Positions 35,170 to 44,798 of a stretch of 64,000 nucleotides of DNA are shown piece by piece (position 1 is the stretch's first letter; every line of letters begins with the position of its first letter). The notes beneath the pieces were generated by a model. The model was not told where the DNA came from. It did no database searches and saw nothing but the letters and a program-made list of their open reading frames with translations. Location: IMG/VR virus record IMGVR_UViG_3300037516_001783, positions 43,936 through 107,935 of that record. The stretch is one strand, 5' to 3'. Source of the DNA: a virus. A program made the translations under genes and the position numbers.

Positions 35170-36295
35170 TTATAGAATTTCTAAATTTAACCTTCCTATC
35201 CCTTCCAGAAGCATTTCTAACATCTTCTTTGTATCTTTTAGAGTCTTTAAAACACCTCTTTCATAATCTGAAAGAAAGTCTCCTTCCGCAATTCCTTTTA
35301 ACCTTGAATCTATTCTGTTAAAAGCTTCCTGTAATCCTGTTACTTCCTCTGCAGTATCTTGTTGTTTTCCTGCTAAGTAAAGATTATTCCCACCTAAATG
35401 ATAATAACAATCCAGAAGTGAATCTTGTGCTTTTTGTTTTACCCAATCTATTTTCAGATGATGTACAAACAACTTTTCTGGTAAGATATCCCAAGTTTTA
35501 TTGTCATCGTAAACTTGTTTTGCGAAACGTCCCATTCCATCCCAAGACCTTGTTTGCTCATGTGACTTTAATTCATCAGCACTTCTTACAAGTAAATGTA
35601 AATCTACACCTATGTAGTGAGCAACTTGAAACATTTCAGATATCTCTTGGTGTATTTGAATACAATTACTTCTCATTGTATCGAAATCAATTTTTGGTAG
35701 TCCCATTGTTACTTAAGATTATGTTTCTTTGACAAACGAGCGATTAATTTTTGTTTTGCTAATTTTTCAAGCTTTTTAGACCTCATGACTCTTGCAAAAC
35801 TGTTAATGTAATTTTCAAAAAAATATTGGTCTTTGTCTACGTGGTAAGCGTGGAAAAATGGTATTGAACGAACATTGTCTTTGTAAATAATACAAAAATA
35901 ACCTTTCTCAAAGAAGTATTTACACTTACTTCTTATTTCCCTTAACAGCTGAACTTTCATGATTAAATTGATTAAATTTTTCAAAGTAATCAACGCTGTT
36001 ATGTAATTTACTTTGTTTTCTTTAACAACTCTAATTCCTCTATTCTAAGTTTTCTCTTTGGTGAGATTTTTGCTACAACAACACGGATACCAAACTCATC
36101 GTTCAATTTTTCCTTTAATTCATTGTACTTCTGAACATTTTTAACAATCTCTTCGTGATATGCTAAATTCATGTTTTTCAAAACCCTCATTTCTTCAATT
36201 ATTGGTCTTGTTACTTTACCATGAGGATATAACCTTTTGTCTGTTAAATCGAATAAATTTACATAAAAACCTTCTTCACACTTCCCTTGCTTCAT
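35170..36295 (-). other. Three hypothetical genes (35170-35706, 35709-about 35960, 36008-36295)
   Basis: ORF track. Confidence 0.6.
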
Positions 36296-36313
36296 AAAAT
36301 AATTAAATTTAAG

Positions 36314-36455
36314 TGATTCTGGTAGGAATCGAACCTACAACATTCCCTACTTGCTTACATGTTACATTTAACTACCTAGGATGTTGTTATTTGTGAACAA
36401 GAAACCATCAAGAATCCAATTTCGACGTTTAGAACCATTAAACGTCTACAGAACC
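36314..36455 (-). ncRNA. Oversized tRNA-like element (142 nt)
   Basis: Acceptor GGTTCTG/CAGAATC, perfect 8-bp D stem GACGTTTA/TAAACGTC, T arm GTAGG-TTCGATT-CCTAC, about 85 nt between the D and T arms. Confidence 0.75.
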
Positions 36456-36460
36456 ATATT

Positions 36461-36659
36461 AAAAATAAACAAACTCCCTTACCTATCAATAATTACTATC
36501 AAGGTTCTGTACTCACATCTTCATCGTTACTCTTCTAAAGTTTACGACTTATAGCTTTTCTTTGAGGATACCTTTCCGTAATTTGTCGACTTGGACGGTA
36601 CACTTACAATCAGGACATTAAGTGTAGGCAAATAACTCCTACATTGTTTGTTTATTTTT
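36461..36659 (-). ncRNA. Putative structured RNA module between two tRNA-like elements
   Basis: Perfect 14-bp terminal inverted repeat AAAAATAAACAAAC/GTTTGTTTATTTTT; internal hairpins TGTAGG/CCTACA and CACTTA/TAAGTG. Confidence 0.6.
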
Positions 36660-36660
36660 G

Positions 36661-36730
36661 CTCTGGTGAGAGGATTCGAACCTCTGTCTCCCACTGAAAG
36701 GACGGCACTCGCCAACTATGCTACACCAGA
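36661..36730 (-). ncRNA. tRNA-like element with a shortened anticodon/variable region
   Basis: Acceptor TCTGGTG/CACCAGA, D arm GCAT-AGTTGGCGA-GTGC, T arm AGAGG-TTCGAAT-CCTCT; only 19 nt between D and T stems (22-23 is normal). Confidence 0.8.
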
Positions 36731-36738
36731 ACCTTAAC

Positions 36739-36840
36739 AACTTATGTAAATTGCTAAGTACAGTTCCAAGTCAGCTTCACTTGAATTTCAGACTACTGTA
36801 CACCTGTATCTTTAAATAAACCACTTTTTACATAAAAGTT
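36739..36840 (-). ncRNA. Putative structured RNA module
   Basis: Terminal TTATGTAAA/TTTACATAA pairing; internal GTACAG/CTGTAC and CAAGT/ACTTG stems. Confidence 0.45.
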
Positions 36841-36901
36841 TCAACTACATGTTTTGTTTATTTCAAGAACCTTAGACTTGTTTTCACATAGGTCTAAGAT
36901 T

Positions 36902-37081
36902 TTAGTTGTTAATCAGTTCAGACCATCTTTGTATAGTTACTAAGAACATTTCCACAAAGTCACATCAATCCCTGATAGGCTTAGATTCTTCCTAATTTAC
37001 CTGACACAGACATTTCTCTGCATTTTCGTCACTTGATTGTTATAGAACAGACAAGAACAAATAAATTAGGTTAACAACTAA
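36902..37081 (-). ncRNA. Putative structured RNA module
   Basis: Perfect 11-bp terminal inverted repeat TTAGTTGTTAA/TTAACAACTAA enclosing non-coding sequence. Confidence 0.5.
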
Positions 37082-37137
37082 TTTTATTTCCTGTAACTCC
37101 AAGTTTGTTAATATTTACTTACTTCAAGTAGGAATTG

Positions 37138-37232
37138 TAGCTTTCAAGAGATTCGAACTCCCATCCTTTACAGTTTTCGATTCCTGTATCCTCATTACGA
37201 AATGAGTGCTTTATCCATTAAGCTAGAAAGCT
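37138..37232 (-). ncRNA. tRNA-like element (Arg-like D loop) with a 6-nt anticodon loop and a long variable arm
   Basis: Acceptor AGCTTTC/GAAAGCT, D arm GCTT-AATGGATA-AAGC, arm CTCAT-TTCGTA-ATGAG, variable stem TACAG/CTGTA, T arm GGGAG-TTCGAAT-CTCTT; 95 nt. Confidence 0.8.
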
Positions 37233-37235
37233 GTT

Positions 37236-37324
37236 ATAATTAGACATAACTCTTCTTTGGTTGAGTTCTTACCATTCTGGGTGGTGCTTACGAAGGTATT
37301 ACACCCTTTCTCCTCTCTAATTAT
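37236..37324 (-). ncRNA. Putative structured RNA module
   Basis: 9-bp terminal repeat ATAATTAGA/TCTAATTAT; internal GGGTG/CACCC and AACTC/GAGTT stems; ends 3 nt before the tRNA-like 5' end. Confidence 0.45.
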
Positions 37325-37338
37325 TTTAATTTTCATAA

Positions 37339-37493
37339 ATCAAAACAACCCTACTAACGGAGTCAAACCATTAACTAAAACATGAAATATTGAAAATTGC
37401 GACTTACAATATTTCATTAGTTTGTTAGTGATGTGACTTTCAAACTAATCTTTATGTTAAAGTTTCTTACACAAGAAGTACGGTTGTTTTGAT
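37339..37493 (-). ncRNA. Putative multi-hairpin RNA with a T-arm-like 3' hairpin
   Basis: 12-bp terminal repeat ATCAAAACAACC/GGTTGTTTTGAT; hairpins ATTAGTTTG/CAAACTAAT, GAAATATTG/CAATATTTC, AATGG-TTTGACT-CCGTT. Confidence 0.6.
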
Positions 37494-37626
37494 ATTATTT
37501 TGCAACTTATTTTATCTTTCGAAATACGTAGTTACCAAACGCCATGCCCCTACATGGTTTATATTTCCGATTGAAATATAGGTTGAACCTCAAACTTAGT
37601 TTCCTAGAGGTTTGAGATTTAGTGTC

Positions 37627-38457
37627 TTATTTTTTGATATTTATCATATCGTAGAAACCTGATTGAGTTACATACTGAGGCATAGGGCATCCAGCTTTCG
37701 TCCAACCTTCTATAGCTTTTTCTTTTATAGCTATTTCTCTTTCTTGAAGTAATAACGCTGTTACACCTAATGACCTTGCTCTACTTGCTTCAGAGTTTAA
37801 ATTAGCAAGTTCAATTTCTTTCTTGGTGTTAGCTAACTTTTTATCTAATATCGCACTTTCACCTTCAACCTTGTTTCTTTCAGCAATTTTAGCTTTCATT
37901 TCTGGTGTGAACGACAGTTGTGAAGAGTATGTTAGTAATTCGAACCCAGCCTTGTCAAATATCTTTCTAAGAGAATCTGTACACATTTTCTCATATTTCA
38001 ACTTACCACCGTTGTTCATTAATTGTTCATCCGATAATGAGTTAGAAATCTCTCTGGAAATATCTTTGATTCTTGGGTCTAATATTTGGTCTTCAATCAT
38101 ATCGAGGTCTATATTATCTCCTAAATGTTTATAATTGAAAACAATATTTATACCTTGACCAACCTTCGCTCTATAAGTATAGATAGGACTAACAAAGAAA
38201 TCGGTATTATCTGTAGAACTTATTGTTAATTTATCACCATAATCACCTTTTTGTTCATAAAGTGGAACTTGAAATAATTCACTTCCAGCAGTCCAAGTGG
38301 CAACTTTTCCTGTTACTCTATGGAAATCAGATTTACCATCCTTACCATAATTTTCCATCATTACACCTTCGTGGTTAGGTTTTACCCAATCATTACAAGA
38401 GGATAACAACATGATTGCTCCTAAGAGCATGACCAAATTAAATGCTACTTTTTTCAT
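37627..38457 (-). CDS. SPFH/Band-7 domain lipoprotein
   Basis: Lipobox LLSSC, V.P.HEGV, band-7-like core, C-terminal coiled coil, AIEGW..G.PMPQY. Confidence 0.8.
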   Translation of the reverse strand: MKKVAFNLVMLLGAIMLLSSCNDWVKPNHEGVMMENYGKDGKSDFHRVTGKVATWTAGSELFQVPLYEQKGDYGDKLTISSTDNTDFFVSPIYTYRAKVGQGINIVFNYKHLGDNIDLDMIEDQILDPRIKDISREISNSLSDEQLMNNGGKLKYEKMCTDSLRKIFDKAGFELLTYSSQLSFTPEMKAKIAERNKVEGESAILDKKLANTKKEIELANLNSEASRARSLGVTALLLQEREIAIKEKAIEGWTKAGCPMPQYVTQSGFYDMINIKK

Positions 38458-38614
38458 TTGATTTTGACTTTGTTTGTCGTTTAATATATAAGTAAACTCC
38501 TGCTATTGTAATGCCCACAGGAATTAAGGCATAATATAAATTATAATGATTAAAAGTTGTAACAATAACTTGTAACATTATAAGTAATACGATTGTAAAT
38601 ATAACATCTTTCAT
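38438..38614 (-). CDS. Small membrane protein (58 aa; not in the track)
   Basis: MKDVIFTIVLLIMLQVIV...LIPVGITIAGVYLYIKR: two hydrophobic segments; overlaps the SPFH start. Confidence 0.55.
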   Translation of the reverse strand: MKDVIFTIVLLIMLQVIVTTFNHYNLYYALIPVGITIAGVYLYIKRQTKSKSNEKSSI

Positions 38615-38631
38615 AATGAATATAACGCTGT

Positions 38632-40320
38632 TTAAATCATTTCAACTCCGAAACCAGAGTTCATTAAGTAAATTCCTTTAATTGCTTGATGCATAGACAT
38701 TGCTGTATCGTCGTGCCCACTTGTTGCTGAAATACCTTTATTAGTATATGAAACAGAAGTAAGTTCGTTAAACAAGATATCTTTGATATTCCTACTGTAT
38801 TCACTTCCGATAGGGACTTTTATTTTACCCTTTTCAAATAGTAAAGACATTCCTGGAATCCCAGTTTTCAAGTCATTTTTGCTTTTTGCACTTGTAGCTT
38901 CATGTACAATTGGTAACCCTTCACTATCTGCTGCCTGACAGAACATTGCTTGAAATCCGTTACTTTCTATAACAATTATGTCTGGTTTGAAGTCTACATT
39001 TAAACCTCTCAACTTTCCTAATTGTTCTAAATAACTTTTACCATGCATCCTGTATTGGTTAATTAACCAAATATCACCTGAAGCGTCTAAACCTAAAACA
39101 GTATAAACAGTATAATCGGCTCCCACATTTGCAGAAATAGCTAAATCGACTCCTATAACAACTCTTTCAAAAGATATTGGGAAACTTTCTATGTTATGAC
39201 ACATTTCAAATTTATCCATACCAACCAACGATTTCTGTAAGATATTGTATGGGAATAAACTTGAATCATTTGAAACAGGTCTAACTAAGTGTTCTCTTGA
39301 GAAAGTTACAGAACCTTGTGATTCCTTTTTATTATAAAGTGTGTCAAAATTATACCTATTCCTCCATAATAATTTACCATCTGGAAAGATACTTGGGTAT
39401 TCAGCATAATAGAAAATTTTGTCTTTCTTTAACTGACCATATAAATCTTCAGCATGAAAAGGAGTCCCAACAACTTTTACATCACCTTGTGGGACAATCA
39501 TATTCATTATAACAGAATAGAAATAACTTGTGTATTTATTTCTTTGTTCTGCAGAATATAAATTTGATTCATGTAAAAAGTCATCTACTATTATAAAATG
39601 TGGATGGGCACCACGAGTAGATGCTCCGGCAGAAGAAGAAGTGATTGTTGAACCGTTCTTACATACAATCCTTGTTTCTGCCCAATTCCCATCACTTCTT
39701 GTTTCTGGTAATAACTTCTCTCTTAACAATTCATTTTCTTGAATTGTTGTTTTTAAAGTTCTAAGTAATTTTGTTGACTGACCTTTGGCGAAACTGAATA
39801 GATAACCTTCCTTTCCTACAGTACTTAACTCTCTTCGTTTTGAATCTTTTGTGTACCTATACAATTTCCATATAGGATATGCATTGGAGAAGAAGTGACT
39901 TTTACCATGGTCTCTGGCTGCCAGAATACACATATACTTAAAAGCTTGACAAGTTTCTGCCCATTCTATATGGTGCCAATTCATTTCAAATTCAGGCATA
40001 ACTGAACTTATGAAATATGTCAAACTTTCAACTCTTAAAGTTTCTTCAAATGAATCTGTTAATTTATCTAAATACAGATTTGTTATTGGGTTGTAACTTA
40101 ATTCAGAATTTGAGTGTTTGAAATTACCATAAACTGTACTGTATGTTTCAGTAACCAAATCCTGTAATAACCTGTCTACATCACCTTCAGAACCACCTAA
40201 TAATTGTGACAAACCTGAGTCGTCAAGATTTTCAATTATTTCCAAAGTAATTCTTAGACAGTCATCTAACTTATCGAACGGTATGGCACCTTGAACTATA
40301 TTCTTGTTAATTATATCCAT
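38632..40320 (-). CDS. terL: Terminase large subunit
   Basis: AARDHGKS, RGAHPHFIIVDD, VGTP, GVDLA...ADYTV, IESNGFQ, HDDTAMS. Confidence 0.93.
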   Translation of the reverse strand: MDIINKNIVQGAIPFDKLDDCLRITLEIIENLDDSGLSQLLGGSEGDVDRLLQDLVTETYSTVYGNFKHSNSELSYNPITNLYLDKLTDSFEETLRVESLTYFISSVMPEFEMNWHHIEWAETCQAFKYMCILAARDHGKSHFFSNAYPIWKLYRYTKDSKRRELSTVGKEGYLFSFAKGQSTKLLRTLKTTIQENELLREKLLPETRSDGNWAETRIVCKNGSTITSSSAGASTRGAHPHFIIVDDFLHESNLYSAEQRNKYTSYFYSVIMNMIVPQGDVKVVGTPFHAEDLYGQLKKDKIFYYAEYPSIFPDGKLLWRNRYNFDTLYNKKESQGSVTFSREHLVRPVSNDSSLFPYNILQKSLVGMDKFEMCHNIESFPISFERVVIGVDLAISANVGADYTVYTVLGLDASGDIWLINQYRMHGKSYLEQLGKLRGLNVDFKPDIIVIESNGFQAMFCQAADSEGLPIVHEATSAKSKNDLKTGIPGMSLLFEKGKIKVPIGSEYSRNIKDILFNELTSVSYTNKGISATSGHDDTAMSMHQAIKGIYLMNSGFGVEMI

Positions 40321-40321
40321 T

Positions 40322-40966
40322 TTAGAATTTGAAAAAATTTGCCACTTTCTCAGTTTTAACTTTAGAATCCTCTTGTGATTTATTATTCAAACCTTTTCTC
40401 TGTGTTTTTACCATGTAACAAAATAAGTCATAGTTGGCTCTTACATCAGCTATTGCTCCATGAGCACCAACTAATTTAACTCCTGCTCTTGAACAAGCGA
40501 TTGTCAAATTATGTTTATCTTCTTCTGGCCAAATCTCTTCAGACCTCGGTAATGTATCTATGAAAGTTCCAGAAATGTAATCATAAATATCATACCCATT
40601 TAATAAAAAAATGTACTCTAGGAATTCCCTATCAAAACCAACTATATTATGCCCAAGGAGGACAGTATTCCCTCTTTTCTTACCTTTTTGTGAATTATTC
40701 CTTTTGAAAAAGGCAATCATTTCTTCAACAACTTTCCAATGTTCTTTACCATTAGCAACATCTTGAGGTGTTACTGTTGTTTTCTCAAAAACAATTGGGT
40801 CTATTGTCAAACCACCATAAACTTTGATAAAACTTGAATACTCTTCTATTACAGATAAATTATCCAAATAAAAACTCAACATGGCAACCTGTGTTATAGG
40901 ATGTTCATCTTTGTCTAAACCTCCTGTTTCACAATCTACAACTGTTACTATTCTTCTATGAGCCAT
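40322..40966 (-). CDS. DEDDh 3'-5' exonuclease (Pol III epsilon-like)
   Basis: VDCETGGL, GHNIVGFD, DTL, AHGAIADV. Confidence 0.9.
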   Translation of the reverse strand: MAHRRIVTVVDCETGGLDKDEHPITQVAMLSFYLDNLSVIEEYSSFIKVYGGLTIDPIVFEKTTVTPQDVANGKEHWKVVEEMIAFFKRNNSQKGKKRGNTVLLGHNIVGFDREFLEYIFLLNGYDIYDYISGTFIDTLPRSEEIWPEEDKHNLTIACSRAGVKLVGAHGAIADVRANYDLFCYMVKTQRKGLNNKSQEDSKVKTEKVANFFKF

Positions 40967-41221
40967 ATCTACCTATTTAACCTCTTCACATTATTTTCAT
41001 GTACATAATGTTTATTACAAGTATGTTTCCTTGCTTCTTCAGATTTCACATCTATAAACCCAAGAATTGCTCTACAATGGTCACAATAAGCTGGAGAGTT
41101 CGATTGAACAAACCTGTTATGATTAAAATCTTTTGAAGCGTCAATAGGATATTTTACACCTGTCATTGGGATAAATTCCCTTATGTAACCGTCTACACAC
41201 CTAACTCTCATAAATGAAAAT

Positions 41222-41253
41222 AATGGTAGGAAATATCAAAACTTCCTACCATT
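41222..41253 (-). terminator. Hairpin after the histone-like gene
   Basis: AATGGTAGGAA / TTCCTACCATT inverted repeat. Confidence 0.55.
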
Positions 41254-41264
41254 TCTATTTTACG

Positions 41265-41450
41265 TTAAGCTTTTGTTTTCTCTTTTCGAGCTTCTAAAAC
41301 TGCAACTCTAATTTCATTAGCAAGGTTTTTTACCTTTTGCATAGAGTTACGAACTCTTGTTCCAGCAGCAACATTTCCTTTGCTATTCGCTTCAACGTCT
41401 TTTTCAACTGCTTCGATTTCGTCTTTTAAACTTTTGAACAATTCTGACAT
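41265..41450 (-). CDS. Hc1-family histone H1-like protein
   Basis: KGNVAAGTRVRNSMQKVKNLANEIR matches the Bacteroidota Hc1-like motif. Confidence 0.85.
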   Translation of the reverse strand: MSELFKSLKDEIEAVEKDVEANSKGNVAAGTRVRNSMQKVKNLANEIRVAVLEARKEKTKA

Positions 41451-41767
41451 AATAATTTAATTTATGGTTAATTTAACTTTCAATTTACTAAACGCTGTTA
41501 AACGAATTCACAATTGTTTTCTACCATTTTAGATAGAAAATTTTCATGTTCAGCGTCTCTAACACTTTCTTCTTCAAAAGAAGCAACAATTTGTTCACCA
41601 TCTAAGTAATTCACAACTATCTGGTATAGAATTATGTCACACATAGTATCGTGTGTGTGTTGTTTCATTATACTCCTAATATTTTTAGGAGATATCTGGA
41701 AATCTACACCTCTTAAGTGAAAGAACTTTATGGATGGTTGTTGTTCACCGTCAAATGATTGCATATC

Positions 41768-42952
41768 TTAAATTGTTGAATTTCTACTATCTGACAGAAG
41801 TTTTGATTGCATTTCAATCTTCTTCATCAAAATATTCCTAAGGTTATTTTTTACAGTATCAGATGAAACAGAATCTCCTTCTTGTTGATTTTCTAAAGCT
41901 TTTTGTTTCATCTTCTCTTTAAATTCTATTTTCTCTCTTCTTAAAGTTTCCTCTGTAGCTAAATTTGCAGATTTGATTTTTTCAAAATCATAAACTTGTA
42001 AGCTTGGTAAAATAACCTCTTCGTAATCTACTTCTTCACCACCAGAAACTAATCTGTTGTATTTAGAATAGTACGAAGAATTTAATTCTGAGATGATATT
42101 TAAAGGGTTTATTCCAGAACGAGCTGATAACCTACCGATGATAATTTCTTTCAGTGGAACTCCTTTCATCATCTCTTGACGTACATGTAGAGATACTTCA
42201 GTTTGAATTTGAATTCCTAAGTTACCATTGATTGTCAATTTATCACCCTCAACTTCTTTTCTTATGGCATCTAAAGTCTGTATTAAAGCTTTATGGTCAT
42301 CCCTATGGTTTGACTTTTCATACTTGCTTTTTAATTTAACATAAAGAGTTGTTAATTCCTCAACCCTTGAAGTCTTTGAGGTTAATCTTAAATGTGTGTA
42401 GTCACTTTTATACTTTTCCTGTAATTTCCTGATTTCATCTATGTTATCAGTGTAAAAAGTTGAAACTAAATTCTCTGTTATATACTTAAATCCTAAATCT
42501 TTCAGTTTAATATAAACCTCTTTAACAGTATAAAGTTTAGAAAATAACTCTAAGATAATAGCTTTCTTTGCAATCATTATTGTAGAAGCAACCTTTTCAT
42601 TTCTTTGTTGTGTTGTTTCTACTTCTACGTTGCTTTTTTTGTTCACACTCAACTTTAATTTACGAACCCAAGAATTCCTTAAGACCATAAATTGTTTGTA
42701 TTTAGCAAGCAGTAATTCACTTTCTTCATCATTAAGGTCAGAAGATTGTGACATCACAACAGAAAAAGGAGCGTCTAATTTATATTTAGTACCATCAACA
42801 GCAACATAATGGTCATTTTCTTTTGCAAGTTTGAGGTCATTAACATACTCTAAGAACATTCGTACGTCAGTTATTTCAAACTCACAATCCTTAATTGCCT
42901 GTTTTTCTAAGTCTGTTAATTTATCGTTAGCAAGTAATTCATTATTATTCAT
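41768..42952 (-). CDS. Hypothetical protein, possible terminase small subunit
   Basis: HTH-like segment, helical SRVEEL...LDAIRKEVEG region, close to terL; not diagnostic. Confidence 0.3.
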   Translation of the reverse strand: MNNNELLANDKLTDLEKQAIKDCEFEITDVRMFLEYVNDLKLAKENDHYVAVDGTKYKLDAPFSVVMSQSSDLNDEESELLLAKYKQFMVLRNSWVRKLKLSVNKKSNVEVETTQQRNEKVASTIMIAKKAIILELFSKLYTVKEVYIKLKDLGFKYITENLVSTFYTDNIDEIRKLQEKYKSDYTHLRLTSKTSRVEELTTLYVKLKSKYEKSNHRDDHKALIQTLDAIRKEVEGDKLTINGNLGIQIQTEVSLHVRQEMMKGVPLKEIIIGRLSARSGINPLNIISELNSSYYSKYNRLVSGGEEVDYEEVILPSLQVYDFEKIKSANLATEETLRREKIEFKEKMKQKALENQQEGDSVSSDTVKNNLRNILMKKIEMQSKLLSDSRNSTI

Positions 42953-42953
42953 A

Positions 42954-44399
42954 CTATTCTTTTGGTAAGGTTACAAAAACAAGTTCATCCATTGCTCTTG
43001 TATAACAAACATATTCTAAATTCTTTTCTTGTTGAATTTCCCAATCTGTAACAGCCTGTTTACTTGGCATAAGTTCTCTGTTAAGAACAAATACTCTTTT
43101 ACTTTCAAACCCTTTCGACCTGTGGATTGTTGATAGTGTAACTCTGTTACTTTCTACCTTTTCACTAAATAAATCCTCTATTATGTCTATAGTTTGTTTA
43201 ACTGTTGTTGTGTAATTAAACAACACATTAACAATTATATCAATTTTTTCTGAAAGGTTTTTGTAAACATTTGTTCTGCTTGGGTCTGGTATGCCAAAGT
43301 TCCTTAATCTATTTTCCAATTTAACAAGAGAATATTCTAATTTTATTTTGGCAGCAGACTTCATTATGGCTTTTGTTTCAACTAACATCTTCACCATTTC
43401 TTTCCCAAATTCATGTCCTTTTATAAAACTCTTTTTCCCATCTTCAAAAAGTAACATTGAAAGTTCGAACAAAGGTTTTGTATTTCTACAAAGAACAAGG
43501 TCTCCAGAAGTTAATTCACTAATACAACCATCCCTGATTATCCCTTCATCCAAATTAGAAAATGATTCTATTTCAGATACCAGAGGTTTTACATAATCAA
43601 CTATATTATTTTTACACCTATAACAAACTGAAAGTGGTAAGATTGTTGTATTAGGTAGATTTTTCAGGTTGTTGAAACTATTTACGTCTGCTCCTGCAAA
43701 GCCGTATATGGCTTGATTTACATCACCAACTGCTATATGTCTAGCACCGACCTTCTTTGTCTTAAGAAATAGAAGTTGTTGTAATTTAGATAAATCTTGA
43801 CATTCATCTATGTAAACGTAATCAAATTTCTTAACTTTCAAATTGAACTTTACAGGTAAGTAAATCATGTCTATAAAATCTACAGAACTAGCTCTTTCTG
43901 ATAATTCAAGTATTTCTATAGCACATTTAATTTCCTCTTCTGTGTATAAAGTTCCATGCATGAAACATGAATCAAATATCACCTCATGTTTATGTTCAAG
44001 AAAATTATTCCTAATGTAATCAACTAATTTAGCTATCTTGTAGATAAAACCGTTTTGAAGTTTCACAGGAATATTGTATTTCTTTATATTTTCTCTTACA
44101 AGATTTGGAATCTTATTTTCATCTACTTTTCTCCTCCCTAAAGACATCAAAGCTTGGAACCCTAACGAGTGTAAGGTTTTAACTTCAACACCTTCCATGA
44201 CCTTAGTTTTTAAACTATCAACATTAGATTTATTAAAAGCTAAGAAAAGAACATCATTTCCTTCAGGTATGAATTTTAGACTTTCTATGATAGTGGTAGT
44301 TTTACCACTTCCAGCAACAGCCTGTACAAGCAAATCTCCTGTACCGTTTGCAATAAAATCAAATATGTTTTTCTGATAAGAACTATACTCGTATTCCAT
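42954..44399 (-). CDS. UvrD/Rep-like SF1 helicase
   Basis: AVAGSGKTT, LAFN, IDECQD, VGD.NQAIYGF.GA, STIHRSKG.E, YVCYTRA. Confidence 0.93.
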   Translation of the reverse strand: MEYEYSSYQKNIFDFIANGTGDLLVQAVAGSGKTTTIIESLKFIPEGNDVLFLAFNKSNVDSLKTKVMEGVEVKTLHSLGFQALMSLGRRKVDENKIPNLVRENIKKYNIPVKLQNGFIYKIAKLVDYIRNNFLEHKHEVIFDSCFMHGTLYTEEEIKCAIEILELSERASSVDFIDMIYLPVKFNLKVKKFDYVYIDECQDLSKLQQLLFLKTKKVGARHIAVGDVNQAIYGFAGADVNSFNNLKNLPNTTILPLSVCYRCKNNIVDYVKPLVSEIESFSNLDEGIIRDGCISELTSGDLVLCRNTKPLFELSMLLFEDGKKSFIKGHEFGKEMVKMLVETKAIMKSAAKIKLEYSLVKLENRLRNFGIPDPSRTNVYKNLSEKIDIIVNVLFNYTTTVKQTIDIIEDLFSEKVESNRVTLSTIHRSKGFESKRVFVLNRELMPSKQAVTDWEIQQEKNLEYVCYTRAMDELVFVTLPKE

Positions 44400-44798
44400 A
44401 CTTTAGACTTCTAAAATATTAAACTCTTTTGAAGAAAATTTGTCAGTTTGATGTAAACTAACAACACAATCATGAACTTCTTCTTCTTTCAAACAAAACA
44501 TAACTTTAACTTCTGTAATGTCTAAAGACAAATCTGAAACTTTTAAAACCTCTCTAAATCCGTTGTTCAAATTCTTTAAGATAACATACTCAATATCAAA
44601 ACCTTCATTAATAAAAGTTTCTACTATTTCATAATGGTTGAATTGATAAGTATCTTGTTCGTATGGGATGAATTTTTTACCTTCTTCTTTTGAAATGATG
44701 AAAACCCCATTTCCAATTCTTCTTTCAGACCTAACAAAATTTAAAGGTGAAACTTTGATTACAGATTGACCTTCTTTTAGGATTATTGAACTTTTCAT

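Noticed and set aside
19723-37232. Assigning amino acids to the tRNA-like genes
   Set aside because: None has a canonical 5-bp stem with a 7-nt loop in normal geometry
36300-37620. CRISPR array or ToxI-like tandem repeat
   Set aside because: No direct repeats with spacers; the modules differ in sequence
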